DNA of 64,000 nt, from the NCBI GenBank assembly GCA_023551395.1, contig GCA_023551395.1_3945.1, one strand, 5' to 3'. A program made the translations under genes and the position numbers. Below, piece after piece: positions 41,554 through 50,974 of this stretch (the first letter of the stretch is position 1; each line of letters opens with the position of its first letter). Source of the DNA: a phage. The notes under the pieces are model-generated. The model was not told the origin of the DNA. It ran no database searches and was given only the letters and a program-made list of their open reading frames with translations.

Positions 41554-42226
41554 TGAAGTACTGTGTCATGCTTATGACTTACATCCTCATGAGTTAGGTC
41601 TTGATTCCTGTGTATGGACTCCAGAACAGTGTAGGGATTTTGAAGACACTGCAAGAGAAGTTGTATGTTCACTTGAAGAGTTTCACACATCAGAGCCAAT
41701 TGTGAATGTTGTAGATAAAGAGACTGGACAAACTATAGGGGTAAGTCGTGATAGTTTAGTCATAGTCAATAAAGACCTTGTAGAAAAAGGTAACCTCATC
41801 TTAGCAGATATTGATGGTGTTCTTACAAATTTTAATCACGAAGATTGCTCAACGGAATTGACTGATGGGTCATTCTCACAGTACACTAATCTTCTTGACT
41901 CTGTAAGAGCAAAACCAACGTATGTTTTTAGTATTATTGATGCAATTGCTAATCATGCTGCCATTGGACTCTTGACAGCGAGAGGTGAATCTCAGAGAAT
42001 ACCTACTGAGATGTTTTTAAGGCATAACATAGAGCATGACTACATGCTTTTTATGCGTGGTTTTGGAACTAACTCTATAAGTGCAGAAAGTTTGAAAGTG
42101 AGGATGATTCAGTCTTGCATCCTGCCTTACTTTAATATAGTATGTTTTATAGAAGACACAGAGAAGAATGTGCAGAAGGTGAACAGAATCCTTCCACACA
42201 TTAAAACCATGTTAGTTAAACATTGA
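41531..42226 (+). CDS. putative 5'(3')-deoxyribonucleotidase-like HAD protein
   Basis: LILADIDGVLTNFN resembles the DxDGVL nucleophile motif, but it lies about 95 aa from the N-terminus, so the call is weak. Confidence 0.35.
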   Translation: MKKLRKSDEVLCHAYDLHPHELGLDSCVWTPEQCRDFEDTAREVVCSLEEFHTSEPIVNVVDKETGQTIGVSRDSLVIVNKDLVEKGNLILADIDGVLTNFNHEDCSTELTDGSFSQYTNLLDSVRAKPTYVFSIIDAIANHAAIGLLTARGESQRIPTEMFLRHNIEHDYMLFMRGFGTNSISAESLKVRMIQSCILPYFNIVCFIEDTEKNVQKVNRILPHIKTMLVKH

Positions 42227-42236
42227 GAGAAAACTT

Positions 42237-42701
42237 ATGAACAATATCATTACGGTAGCACTGGACGATACGGTAAACAAATCCGCAGTAGTTCGTAAAA
42301 TGATTCAAGGTAACTTTGAAGGTAAAATTTTTCGTGCTGTTAATGTAAAAGCTGATGGCAGCATTCGTGAATATCGTGCATTGTTGAACGTTAAGAAGCA
42401 CGTAAAAGGTGTTGGTTCAACGACTGCACACAAAGAAAACCTGATGACTATCTATGATATGGGTAAGGCTTCAGAGTTAGGTGCTGAAGGTATCGTTAAA
42501 GAAGGTGCTCCGTATCGCTCTTTCAATCTGGAAACTACTCTTATGCTTTCCTTTACAAGTGGTTCCAAAACAATCACTTATCTCTTTACTGATGCTGCAA
42601 CGGTATCTGCTATTAAGGATAGCACTGTCAAAGCTGGCGTAGTTGCTGCTGCAAAAGCTTCTTCGATGGCTGCGAATATCCTTGCTAAAGTCCTCGGTTA
42701 A
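42237..42701 (+). CDS. hypothetical protein
   Basis: 154 aa ORF with good RBS. Confidence 0.5.
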   Translation: MNNIITVALDDTVNKSAVVRKMIQGNFEGKIFRAVNVKADGSIREYRALLNVKKHVKGVGSTTAHKENLMTIYDMGKASELGAEGIVKEGAPYRSFNLETTLMLSFTSGSKTITYLFTDAATVSAIKDSTVKAGVVAAAKASSMAANILAKVLG

Positions 42702-42713
42702 GGTTAAGATACA

Positions 42714-42734
42714 GGCTCCTTCGGGAGCCTTTTT
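42714..42734 (+). terminator. Rho-independent terminator
   Basis: GGCTCC-TTCG-GGAGCC hairpin plus TTTTT. Confidence 0.6.
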
Positions 42735-42753
42735 CATTTCAGGAGATTGTTAA

Positions 42754-43101
42754 ATGACATTTAAAGAGTTCTGTCAAGCTACTTTCATAATTGTTTTCTT
42801 AGTTGGGGCGGGTGTCTGGGGAGGGTACTCTTACAGAGACTACCAAGTTGCTGAAACTGAGCTAAACAATCAAAAGCTCATAAGTGTTGCTAAAGATGCT
42901 TATCAGGAAGGATTAGTTACACTGAGCGCCAATTACAAAAATGATTTGAAAGATGTGCTTGCTAAGAATAAGCACACAAAAGAGGTACTAACATATGAAA
43001 AAACTAAGCCAGAGTTTTATAATGTTTGTGTTACTGATAATTATGTCAGGGTGTTCAACGAACAAAGTGAACAGTACATTCAAAAACTCCCAAGTAAGTG
43101 A
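42754..43101 (+). CDS. membrane-anchored periplasmic protein (i-spanin-like candidate)
   Basis: N-terminal TM (FIIVFLVGAGVWGG) then helical domain. Confidence 0.35.
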   Translation: MTFKEFCQATFIIVFLVGAGVWGGYSYRDYQVAETELNNQKLISVAKDAYQEGLVTLSANYKNDLKDVLAKNKHTKEVLTYEKTKPEFYNVCVTDNYVRVFNEQSEQYIQKLPSK

Positions 43102-43264
43102 GAGTGATAAGTACACTCAAGAAGAATCACGGTATATCATCAAAGGCAACACAGGCAGTGATGTAGCAGCAGCACTTGAGTTCTACCGTGACGGCTTTTA
43201 CCAGTGTACAATTAAAGCTAATAACCTTATTGACATGATTTTATTAGGGAATAAGCAGCAATGA
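42995..43264 (+). CDS. lipoprotein encoded out of frame across the 3' end of the preceding gene (o-spanin-like candidate)
   Basis: Signal peptide with lipobox IIMSGCS; overlaps 42754..43101 by about 100 nt in another frame; not proline-rich, so spanin identity is uncertain. Confidence 0.4.
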   Translation: MKKLSQSFIMFVLLIIMSGCSTNKVNSTFKNSQVSESDKYTQEESRYIIKGNTGSDVAAALEFYRDGFYQCTIKANNLIDMILLGNKQQ

Positions 43265-43530
43265 CAGAGAATCAAGACACTTTCTATGTAGAAGGTTACT
43301 TACTGTTGCCACGACCAAAAGAAACTTATATGCGAATCGATTTCTTACCAACCATTATGGATAATGTGATGTGTCATATCTTTATGCAAGGTGTCACAGC
43401 ACAGCTTAAGCATGTTGGTAAAGATTGCAAAATAAAGGTTGACACTCATCCAGAAATCAAAGAGAATCACTACACATGGTTCTTACCAGATTCTAAAGAA
43501 ATCTTAGCAGTTCTTAAAACGAGGAAGTAA
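43261..43530 (+). CDS. hypothetical protein
   Basis: 89 aa ORF. Confidence 0.4.
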   Translation: MTENQDTFYVEGYLLLPRPKETYMRIDFLPTIMDNVMCHIFMQGVTAQLKHVGKDCKIKVDTHPEIKENHYTWFLPDSKEILAVLKTRK

Positions 43531-43532
43531 CT

Positions 43533-43859
43533 ATGCAGATTAATGGAAGAGACTTTGTAGCCGTTTACTACGAGAAAGATAAAGAAGTTGGCGTAGCACA
43601 AGTAACTTACGGCAATGGTAAGTGGCTATATGGAACAATTGCAGTGGTCGGAACAAGAAGTGACACAAAAACTTTTAAAGATTGTGTTGACCTTCTTGAA
43701 GAATCCATTCAGAATCATTGGTGTCTGATATGGATGACTGACAACGAAGTGATAGAACGCTTCAAAAAGATTGATATCAACATTGATAGTATTGAGCATG
43801 TTGATTTATATGAGCTAACTGAGAAGGTAAACTATGAAAGTAATACTAGCCAGAGATAA
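43533..43859 (+). CDS. hypothetical protein
   Basis: 108 aa ORF. Confidence 0.4.
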   Translation: MQINGRDFVAVYYEKDKEVGVAQVTYGNGKWLYGTIAVVGTRSDTKTFKDCVDLLEESIQNHWCLIWMTDNEVIERFKKIDINIDSIEHVDLYELTEKVNYESNTSQR

Positions 43860-44061
43860 AAAGACACGAAAGCTTATCAGGTCAGCAGTGTTCATTGGAC
43901 GAAATGAGGTCATCCCATTTACAGCAAATGATGTGATAGCTTACAGGAAGAACTTAGTATTCACTGACTGCTTACGTGGCTTCATCTCTGAACCATTGGA
44001 AGACTTTAAAAGTCGTTGTGGTAAAGGTATCATCATTCAAGAGGCAATTATTCATGGCTGA
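43834..44061 (+). CDS. hypothetical protein
   Basis: 75 aa ORF with GAGAAGG RBS. Confidence 0.4.
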   Translation: MKVILARDKKTRKLIRSAVFIGRNEVIPFTANDVIAYRKNLVFTDCLRGFISEPLEDFKSRCGKGIIIQEAIIHG

Positions 44062-44254
44062 CTTCTGTAAAGATTGTTCTATCGAAATGTTCGGACGTGA
44101 TACAGGTGACTTAAAAGGTCTTATCACTGAAGATGACTTTAAAGCTGGCTACGCAATGCCAGTAATCTGTGAAGGTTGTGGGTGCATCTGGGTAGACCAC
44201 GAAGGGCAACGTGTAAAACCTTCAGAAGATAAAGAATCTTGGGAGAGATGTTAA
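44054..44254 (+). CDS. small zinc-ribbon protein
   Basis: Start placed at MADFCKDCS (AGAGG RBS upstream); CKDC ... CEGCGC cysteine pairs. Confidence 0.4.
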   Translation: MADFCKDCSIEMFGRDTGDLKGLITEDDFKAGYAMPVICEGCGCIWVDHEGQRVKPSEDKESWERC

Positions 44255-45040
44255 ATGGGTATTGTAAAAATCATCAATGGCGATATCTTTGCAGCATTTG
44301 ATAAAGGTAAGTTTGACATCATTGGTCACGGTTGCAACTGTATGAATTTAATGGGTGCAGGTATCGCTGACAAGATTTCTAAACTTTACCCAAAAGCATA
44401 TGAGACCGATACAGAAGTTTACCTCTATGCAGGTGGTATAGTTCACAAACCCTGTGAAAATCTACTGGGTAATTTCTCTGTAGCACGTTTAGAACAAGGC
44501 CGTATAGCTAACCTTTACACTCAGCTTAAGACTGGTAAAGATGCCCGATACAGTGCTTTAGAGTCATCTTTGAAACAACTTAACAGATACTGTGAAGTCA
44601 ATCAGTTGAAGAAAGTTGGGTTACCTATGATTGGTGCAGGTATCGGTGGACTAGACCCTCAAGCCGTCACAGTTATCATTAATCAGGTGATGAAGAGTGT
44701 AGATGTGTATCTTTATGTCTACGAAGGAGAGATGTACCACAAGTTACGCTCAGGTTGGAAGAACTACTGTGAACCAGAATACTTTGCAGGTGTAGCAGTG
44801 TTCACAGATAACGCAGTTACCCTCTTCAGACGAAGAAAAGGTAAGATACATCAAAGTAACCCTCCGGTTGAAAAGATGTCTCTAAGTAACGCTCTAGTTA
44901 CCCACCTGTCGAAGAGCAATCACAGGATTGCAGTAACATTTGGCAGTGATGCAGATACTTATATCTATGCAAGAACTGATGAGGATATCGAGACAGTTTT
45001 CTCTTCACCAGAAGTTACCTTCTTAGACGCAAAGAACTAA
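44255..45040 (+). CDS. macro-domain (ADP-ribose-binding/processing) protein
   Basis: N-terminal IINGDIF...IIGHGCNCMNLMGAGIADKI and later GLPMIGAGIGGLDP match the macro-domain glycine-rich loops. Confidence 0.5.
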   Translation: MGIVKIINGDIFAAFDKGKFDIIGHGCNCMNLMGAGIADKISKLYPKAYETDTEVYLYAGGIVHKPCENLLGNFSVARLEQGRIANLYTQLKTGKDARYSALESSLKQLNRYCEVNQLKKVGLPMIGAGIGGLDPQAVTVIINQVMKSVDVYLYVYEGEMYHKLRSGWKNYCEPEYFAGVAVFTDNAVTLFRRRKGKIHQSNPPVEKMSLSNALVTHLSKSNHRIAVTFGSDADTYIYARTDEDIETVFSSPEVTFLDAKN

Positions 45041-45106
45041 GAAACTCTGTAGGATATTCACAATAGCCTAAGCCTTTCTTATCTGGTAAATTTTTCAGGT
45101 AAGGAG

Positions 45107-45405
45107 GGCTTTTTCATTTCAGAATTGTGCAGGTAGAGTTCTGTAGAGAAATCTGTAGAGAGAATTTTGAACTCCAAAGAGAAAATTCATTTTCAAACTG
45201 TGCAGATAATCTCCAAAGAGCTTTTTCATTTTCAAAACGTGCAGACCACACTCAGGTCGGGCAAGAAAAATCATTTTAGATTTGTGCAGGTAGGTTTTTA
45301 TAGAGAGCCAGACCAACCCCTCTCCCCCTCTTACTCCCCCTCTCCCCAAAAGTCAAGAGAAAAATTTGTAGCGGATTGAAAAATAATTCTTGATTTGTGT
45401 TCTGT
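45107..45405 (+). repeat. array of about 5 direct repeats, consensus TTTTCATTTTCAAAACGTGCAG
   Basis: Copies near 45107, 45177, 45219, 45262 and a degenerate one near 45375; ORFs drawn here by the track are probably spurious. Confidence 0.6.
45314..45348 (-). other. G-quadruplex-capable tract (G-rich on minus strand)
   Basis: Plus strand CCCCTCTCCCCCTCTTACTCCCCCTCTCCCC gives four G-runs of 4 or more on the minus strand. Confidence 0.4.
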
Positions 45406-45469
45406 TTTGTGGTAGTCGTGTGCGCCCGTTTCATTACAGTTTTGCCAAAAATATTTTTAAAATTTTTTC

Positions 45470-45529
45470 TTGACTCTTTGAACGTGGTTATCTAGTATTT
45501 GCATCAACGGGGAGGGAATGACCTTCCCC
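45470..45529 (+). promoter_or_regulatory. sigma70-like promoter plus conserved leader hairpin (type A module)
   Basis: TTGACT-17 nt-TAGTAT, then ATCAACGG and hairpin GGGGAGGG-AATGA-CCTTCCCC, then ACTAAATAAAGTCCTAAACTGGAGATTCAAAAATG. Confidence 0.6.
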
Positions 45530-45561
45530 ACTAAATAAAGTCCTAAACTGGAGATTCAAAA

Positions 45562-45945
45562 ATGGCATATCGTGCACCTAAATTCATCAACAAAGACAAC
45601 TTTCGCAACGCACTGGAGAAGTCACTTGATGAGAATTTTAAAGGTAACATTATCGTTGTTCACGCATTCAATTTTAAGTATGATGTAAACGGGAATAGAA
45701 TCAACCATTACACGGCAACCATGTTAGATGGTACACTTTCAAGTGAAAAAGCCGTACTAAATGCACTGGCAGGACGTGGAAAGGTATTAGTAAGATGTGA
45801 TAAGAGACGTTATCAGGGCGGCGCATATGGTTATGATGATGCTGTTTACCATCTTGAAAATATGGGCTATCAAGTAGAAAAAGCTGGAGCATCACAAATC
45901 ATCGGCAGCGATGGTTATGTAACTATCTTCAAAATTAACAAATAA
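45562..45945 (+). CDS. hypothetical small protein (cluster gene 1)
   Basis: 127 aa; type A leader upstream. Confidence 0.5.
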   Translation: MAYRAPKFINKDNFRNALEKSLDENFKGNIIVVHAFNFKYDVNGNRINHYTATMLDGTLSSEKAVLNALAGRGKVLVRCDKRRYQGGAYGYDDAVYHLENMGYQVEKAGASQIIGSDGYVTIFKINK

Positions 45946-46031
45946 AGTACTTTACAAGGGGCTTATAGTTCGATAAAGTAAGCCCCAGATAAAGAGCTTT
46001 ACCACTCAATCCTAAATTGGAGAACTTAAAA

Positions 46032-46325
46032 ATGGCTATTATCAAAAACGTTGTAATTACTGCAAAGACTCGTGATGACGCTCGCGTTATGGCTAAAAAG
46101 TTATGCGGGAAAGTGGTTGACAACGGAAAACAATCTGCTGTAAGGTGGGGCGTGAAGGTTGATAAACAGTTGAAGTTAAAAAATTCACCGATAAACCTTT
46201 TTACATGTGTAAACACTATCGGGAAGACAAATGTATACACGAAAAAGGCATACATTAGACGCGTAGCATTAACATCCCCCATTCGTACAATGAGAAGTTA
46301 TGCAAAGCTGAAAATTAACAAATAA
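46032..46325 (+). CDS. hypothetical small protein (cluster gene 2)
   Basis: Start at ATG 46032 after GGAG RBS (track ORF starts earlier, in the leader); type B leader; ends KLKINK. Confidence 0.5.
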   Translation: MAIIKNVVITAKTRDDARVMAKKLCGKVVDNGKQSAVRWGVKVDKQLKLKNSPINLFTCVNTIGKTNVYTKKAYIRRVALTSPIRTMRSYAKLKINK

Positions 46326-46410
46326 AGTACTTTACAGGGGGCTTAAAAGCTGATATCTTAAGCCCCAGATAAAGAGCTTTACCACTAAATCCTAAACTGG
46401 AGATTCTAAA

Positions 46411-46923
46411 ATGAAAACTGTAGACGCTACCTTTGAAGTTGTAAAAGAAAAATTTTCCATCATTTACGAAGCAGTTAATTGCTTTGAAGCAAGCCATAAT
46501 CTTGATAATTGGGAATTTACAGATGACCATCAAGGCGGTGTGACGATTAAAAATCCTAGCTGTCAGCGTAATGAATTTAAATATGCAATCCCTTTACATT
46601 ACAGCCTTAAACAGCTTTCAAGTGACTATGCAAAACAAGGCCGGGAAAACCCATCAAAAGAGGCTTACATCAGCTTACAGAAAGAACTAGAAAGAGATTT
46701 AGAGGCTTCAGAATATAACATCGCCGCGAAAGTTGTAGATGCAAACGGTAGCACGGTTTTAGAGAGTTTTTATATTGGTTATGCTTTCGATTGGTGCTAT
46801 CATGACGGCGATGATTTAGAGGATAGACTAAAAGAAGAGGTGAACAACGCAGACGCAGAATCTGAAGTATTAGAACGTTTGGAATCGTTGAAAGACTCAG
46901 TGATGAATATCTTTAAGAACTAA
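46411..46923 (+). CDS. hypothetical acidic protein (cluster gene 3)
   Basis: 170 aa, Asp/Glu-rich; type B leader. Confidence 0.5.
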   Translation: MKTVDATFEVVKEKFSIIYEAVNCFEASHNLDNWEFTDDHQGGVTIKNPSCQRNEFKYAIPLHYSLKQLSSDYAKQGRENPSKEAYISLQKELERDLEASEYNIAAKVVDANGSTVLESFYIGYAFDWCYHDGDDLEDRLKEEVNNADAESEVLERLESLKDSVMNIFKN

Positions 46924-47015
46924 ATAGATTTCTTTACACGGGGTTATCAGACTGATAAGATAGCCCCAGATAAAGAGCTTTATTCAAATCAACCCTTAAA
47001 CTAGGAGATTCTAAA

Positions 47016-47312
47016 ATGAAATTATCAAATCAAGTGCGTGAGAATCTGAGCAAATTACTCAACAAAATTGATTTCATTGAAACATCAAGGAATAGTCATG
47101 ATGTTATGGAATGGTTACACGGCAAAATAAAAGGCCGTCGTGTAGTGATTTGCTTATGGAACAGTTGCAGGGAGTATAAAAAACCTGTATTGCAAGTCAA
47201 TATCTATGATGATACTTTTAAAAGCCCTGTAAAGTCTAAAAACGACTTATTAGAATCCTATGAGATAACTGTAAGTGGCAAAGTATCACGTAAAGAGGAA
47301 ACACCATGTTAA
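47016..47312 (+). CDS. hypothetical small protein (cluster gene 4)
   Basis: 98 aa; type B-like leader. Confidence 0.5.
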   Translation: MKLSNQVRENLSKLLNKIDFIETSRNSHDVMEWLHGKIKGRRVVICLWNSCREYKKPVLQVNIYDDTFKSPVKSKNDLLESYEITVSGKVSRKEETPC

Positions 47313-47638
47313 TGACTGGTATCACTGCAATCATTGCCATTTTCGCGCTATATAAGGCATATAAAGCCTATAATCTAGCAAATAAGGCAATCACACAGCA
47401 GGTTAGAAATAACCTTGTAGAGAGCTTTCTAGGGCGTCTCAGTGATGAGCAAATAAAGCGGCTAGAGATGAGCTTCAGATACAAAGCGAAAACCTATCAG
47501 ATAAGTGACATCTTCAAAGATAATTTTCAGTTAGTTGATGATTATAATTCTCTGATAAATGCTTTAAATGTCAGTGACTTAAAAGACTACTACGCTGTAA
47601 TTGTTCAAGAGTTGAGCAAACGAAAACAAAACTGTTGA
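47306..47638 (+). CDS. small membrane protein (cluster gene 5)
   Basis: 110 aa; N-terminal TM helix. Confidence 0.45.
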   Translation: MLMTGITAIIAIFALYKAYKAYNLANKAITQQVRNNLVESFLGRLSDEQIKRLEMSFRYKAKTYQISDIFKDNFQLVDDYNSLINALNVSDLKDYYAVIVQELSKRKQNC

Positions 47639-47695
47639 CACTGGTTTTTAGATAGATTAAATTACACATCAACGGGGAGGGAATGACCTTCCCCA
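47635..47695 (+). promoter_or_regulatory. sigma70-like promoter plus type A leader hairpin
   Basis: TTGACA-17 nt-TAAATT, then ACACATCAACGGGGAGGGAATGACCTTCCCC. Confidence 0.6.
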
Positions 47696-47727
47696 CTAAA
47701 TAAAGTCCTAAACTGGAGATTCTGAAA

Positions 47728-48000
47728 ATGTATACTACTAACAACGGTCGCACCTTAAATGTCACCTTGCGTCACTATGTAGACGGTGTGATGTGCTTTG
47801 AAGATTTACGGGCTGAGCAACACATCTTAAATTGGCAAGTTGCAGGACTCCAAAAAACTGCTACAGGATACGGGAAAAAGATTCCAACCAGTTGGAAAGT
47901 ACACTACGAAGGACGTTTGCGCAGAATTTATCAGGATGTGCAAAGCAATAGCGCATCGAGTTACATTATAGTAAAAGGCAAAAAACTGCATTTAATGTAA
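47728..48000 (+). CDS. hypothetical small protein (cluster gene 6)
   Basis: 90 aa; type A leader. Confidence 0.5.
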   Translation: MYTTNNGRTLNVTLRHYVDGVMCFEDLRAEQHILNWQVAGLQKTATGYGKKIPTSWKVHYEGRLRRIYQDVQSNSASSYIIVKGKKLHLM

Positions 48001-48086
48001 AGTACTTTACAAGGGGCTTATAGTTCGATAAAGTAAGCCCCAGATAAAGAGCTTTACCACTAAATCCTAAATTGGAGAACTTAAAA

Positions 48087-48491
48087 ATGGCTATTAATAA
48101 CCGTGAATTATCAATTTTAAAAGCACGTTTGACCGTTAACCGGATTAATGTTATCACGTCATCAGCACCAGATGAAACACTGCAAAACATTATTGGGAAG
48201 ATTCAAAGTGTTATCTTAGACGTTGAAAGCGTAAAAAACTCATTGACTGACGTTGCAGCAGGTATCACGCTAGACGGTGCACAACATGAAATGGCCGACA
48301 TGTTAGGCAAATCTAAGGTAATGAATAAAGAGTTAGATTTGAAAATGTTCCGATTTGCTGTTAAAGTGTGGTTATCTGTCGAGTATGATGCTAACTTTGC
48401 AATCGCTGACTTTTTCGCCACTTGGTTGCAGCGTAATTTGACTAATCATGACTTCCGTAATATCTGTGATGCAATCTATGCAGAACTTTAA
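48087..48491 (+). CDS. hypothetical small protein (cluster gene 7)
   Basis: Start at ATG 48087 after GGAG; type B leader. Confidence 0.5.
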   Translation: MAINNRELSILKARLTVNRINVITSSAPDETLQNIIGKIQSVILDVESVKNSLTDVAAGITLDGAQHEMADMLGKSKVMNKELDLKMFRFAVKVWLSVEYDANFAIADFFATWLQRNLTNHDFRNICDAIYAEL

Positions 48492-48500
48492 AAAATTTTG

Positions 48501-48560
48501 TTGACACTGGTTTTTAGATAGATTAAATTACACATCAACGGGGAGGGAATGACCTTCCAC
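48501..48560 (+). promoter_or_regulatory. sigma70-like promoter plus type A leader hairpin
   Basis: TTGACA-17 nt-TAAATT then conserved leader (near-identical copy of 47635-47695, hairpin has one change). Confidence 0.6.
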
Positions 48561-48592
48561 ACTAAATAAAGTCCTAAACTGGAGATTCAAAA

Positions 48593-48796
48593 ATGGCTAT
48601 TATTAATGGTTTAACCATTGAAACTACACACATCAAAGATATCAAAGTTGGTGATATAGTCCTTTCCCACGGCGTAGAAAAAACTGTCACTGCAAAGGAT
48701 ATCAAAGAGGATTCTTTCATGGGTAGGACTCTCTTCGGTGATTCTTATTGCTTAGGCTATCTTGCAGTTTTAAAAGTTGTCAAAAATAACAAATAA
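48593..48796 (+). CDS. hypothetical small protein (cluster gene 8)
   Basis: 67 aa; type A leader. Confidence 0.5.
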   Translation: MAIINGLTIETTHIKDIKVGDIVLSHGVEKTVTAKDIKEDSFMGRTLFGDSYCLGYLAVLKVVKNNK

Positions 48797-48881
48797 AGCA
48801 CTTTACAAGGGGCTTATAGTTCGATAAAGTAAGCCCCAGATAAAGAGCTTTACTACTCAATCCTAAACTGGAGATTCAAAA

Positions 48882-49424
48882 ATGAAATGTTATCACGGAA
48901 CTACTCAAGAAAATTTCCTCAACCTGATTAATAACGGTGATAAACCATCAGGCGCATGGAATTGTTCGGATATGGACGGCAATTTTTACGTGTATCCAGA
49001 AAATAAAATCTATGGCGACGATGATGAAGAGATAACATCGGAGGGCATTCAGCAAGCTCTAGGGAACGCCACTATTACGGCGGCCTTCCAGATGAAAACC
49101 CAAAATATTGTTATCTTAGAACTCGATATTCCAGATGATGAGCTAAATGATGATTATTCTTGTGATAATATGTCGAGTGTAGCAAGTTTTACAGAGTACT
49201 TTGATGTAAACTGGATTAAAAAGGTCTATACAACAGAGTTTAACGCTATGTATTCGCCTTTTTGTCTTCCTTCACTGGATAACCCAAATATGAACTATCT
49301 TGATGAGACATTAGAACTACTTGCTAAAAGTGTTCAACAGTCGGACAGTATTCAGGTTTTTTGTGACATCATGGATACACTGACAGGAAACATCGCAGAA
49401 GAGGATTTAAAGAGCTTTTTCTAA
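48882..49424 (+). CDS. hypothetical highly acidic protein (cluster gene 9)
   Basis: 180 aa, many Asp/Glu; type B leader. Confidence 0.5.
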   Translation: MKCYHGTTQENFLNLINNGDKPSGAWNCSDMDGNFYVYPENKIYGDDDEEITSEGIQQALGNATITAAFQMKTQNIVILELDIPDDELNDDYSCDNMSSVASFTEYFDVNWIKKVYTTEFNAMYSPFCLPSLDNPNMNYLDETLELLAKSVQQSDSIQVFCDIMDTLTGNIAEEDLKSFF

Positions 49425-49490
49425 AAACCTATGCAATCACCTTATAAACACTATTTAGCCCCTTACAGGGGCTTTTGGGAGGCTTAAATC

Positions 49491-49724
49491 ATGCTTACAA
49501 CCGTTTACCTCATCCTTTCTATTTGTAACGGTCATTCATGCGATTTTAAAGGGCTTGAAGAGTTTACAGGAAGTAAAGAAAATGCTATTCAAGTTTGCCA
49601 GATAGCAAGGAAAGACTATCCCGCTAGTGATGATATACAATGTTACTTTAAGACAGAAGATGACGACGGAATCTATTTCGACAGCGTAGATGGTCAGTAT
49701 GAAATTATCATTGAAAAAGACTAG
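49491..49724 (+). CDS. small secreted-type protein (cluster gene 10)
   Basis: 77 aa; hydrophobic N-terminus. Confidence 0.45.
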   Translation: MLTTVYLILSICNGHSCDFKGLEEFTGSKENAIQVCQIARKDYPASDDIQCYFKTEDDDGIYFDSVDGQYEIIIEKD

Positions 49725-49780
49725 ACAAGCCTGATAAAAATCTGTAAATTGTCAATCAACGGGGAGGGAATGACATCCCC
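49722..49780 (+). promoter_or_regulatory. promoter plus type A leader hairpin
   Basis: TAGACA-17 nt-TAAATT, then GTCAATCAACGGGGAGGGAATGACATCCCCC. Confidence 0.5.
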
Positions 49781-49815
49781 CACTAAGTACAATCCTTAAA
49801 CTAGGAGATTCAAAA

Positions 49816-50157
49816 ATGGCTTATGTAACCGTAATTACCGATAAAGAAAATTCATCTTGGTCAACTCAAGTAAGTGATAAGATGTCACCTATGCAGTGCC
49901 TAAAATACTTTGAACAGTGGAACAAAGGCGAGGACACAAGCCCCTTTCAAGTGATGCAGATTATCCATGTAGACAACGAAGGGAATAAAACGACCTTGAA
50001 CAGTGAATACTACGCAAGCCGTTTTGAAACGAGAAGTAAAACAATGAAGCTTTTACGTGAATCCGGTTATGCCCATATCGCCGCGTTAATCTGGGATGAC
50101 CTGCTAAAAAGTCAGCGTATCAGCTATGTAAAGCCTGAAAAAATATTCATCAGTTAA
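49816..50157 (+). CDS. hypothetical small protein (cluster gene 11)
   Basis: 113 aa; type A leader. Confidence 0.5.
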   Translation: MAYVTVITDKENSSWSTQVSDKMSPMQCLKYFEQWNKGEDTSPFQVMQIIHVDNEGNKTTLNSEYYASRFETRSKTMKLLRESGYAHIAALIWDDLLKSQRISYVKPEKIFIS

Positions 50158-50377
50158 TCAATAACTTACAAAAAACTTTTAAAAAAGTGTTGACAATACC
50201 CCTTGACATTGGTAACTTTGTTCGAGGGGGTTTATCTAAAAGGGATTCACTTAAAAGATTCTTTATAGATAAGCTCAAAAAATTACTTGCAATCAACTAT
50301 CAAAACAAGTAAATTACTAATCAACGGGAAGGCAATAGCCTCCCCACTAAATAAAGTCCTAAACTGGAGATTCTAAA

Positions 50378-50908
50378 ATGAACAAATTTCAAGCTATCAA
50401 CTTCATTCGTTCAAATGCTGTAATGTCTAAGCCTGTAAAAGATACATACGAATTCCGTTGTAATGGGGTACATTTCGCAACAATCACCAAATCAGAAAAC
50501 GGGGCTTATTACGTTCATCGTCGTAATGTTGCAACCGTTGTAGTCTCTCACTTTATGCAAGCTGTAGCGGAATTATTACCGTTATTCTTAGAGATTTACT
50601 TAGATGAGTGTAAAAACGTTCACAACCACGTTAAAAGCCTTTTAAACGGTTATAAAATGGCTTATGAACGCTCTATCAAGTCCTTAAACAAGTTTTACAA
50701 TGCACCTGCAAATACTGTTTCAATGGCTTATGATGTAAATGGTGAGTTAGTTAGTCTCTTTAAAGTGGAAGAAATTAAACTGTATAATTTACGTCCTAGT
50801 GGTTACTCTAAGACTCTTGGTGAAGGTTTAACATTCAATATCAAGAACTTAGAAAAAACTTTAAAAGATATTGAAAAAGATATTGACGAGACAATCAAAA
50901 GTCTGTAA
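50378..50908 (+). CDS. hypothetical protein (cluster gene 12)
   Basis: 176 aa; type A leader with covarying hairpin GGGAAGGC-AATA-GCCTCCCC. Confidence 0.5.
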   Translation: MNKFQAINFIRSNAVMSKPVKDTYEFRCNGVHFATITKSENGAYYVHRRNVATVVVSHFMQAVAELLPLFLEIYLDECKNVHNHVKSLLNGYKMAYERSIKSLNKFYNAPANTVSMAYDVNGELVSLFKVEEIKLYNLRPSGYSKTLGEGLTFNIKNLEKTLKDIEKDIDETIKSL

Positions 50909-50974
50909 ATTGTCAATCAACGGGGAGGGAATGACCTTCCCCACTAAATAAAATCCTAAACTGGAGTTATCAAG

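Noticed and set aside
45119-45379. Track ORFs 45119..45349(-) and 45167..45379(+)
   Set aside because: They translate the direct-repeat array and the polypyrimidine/G-rich tract (hence the poly-Gly/Pro-Ser strings); treated as non-coding regulatory DNA.
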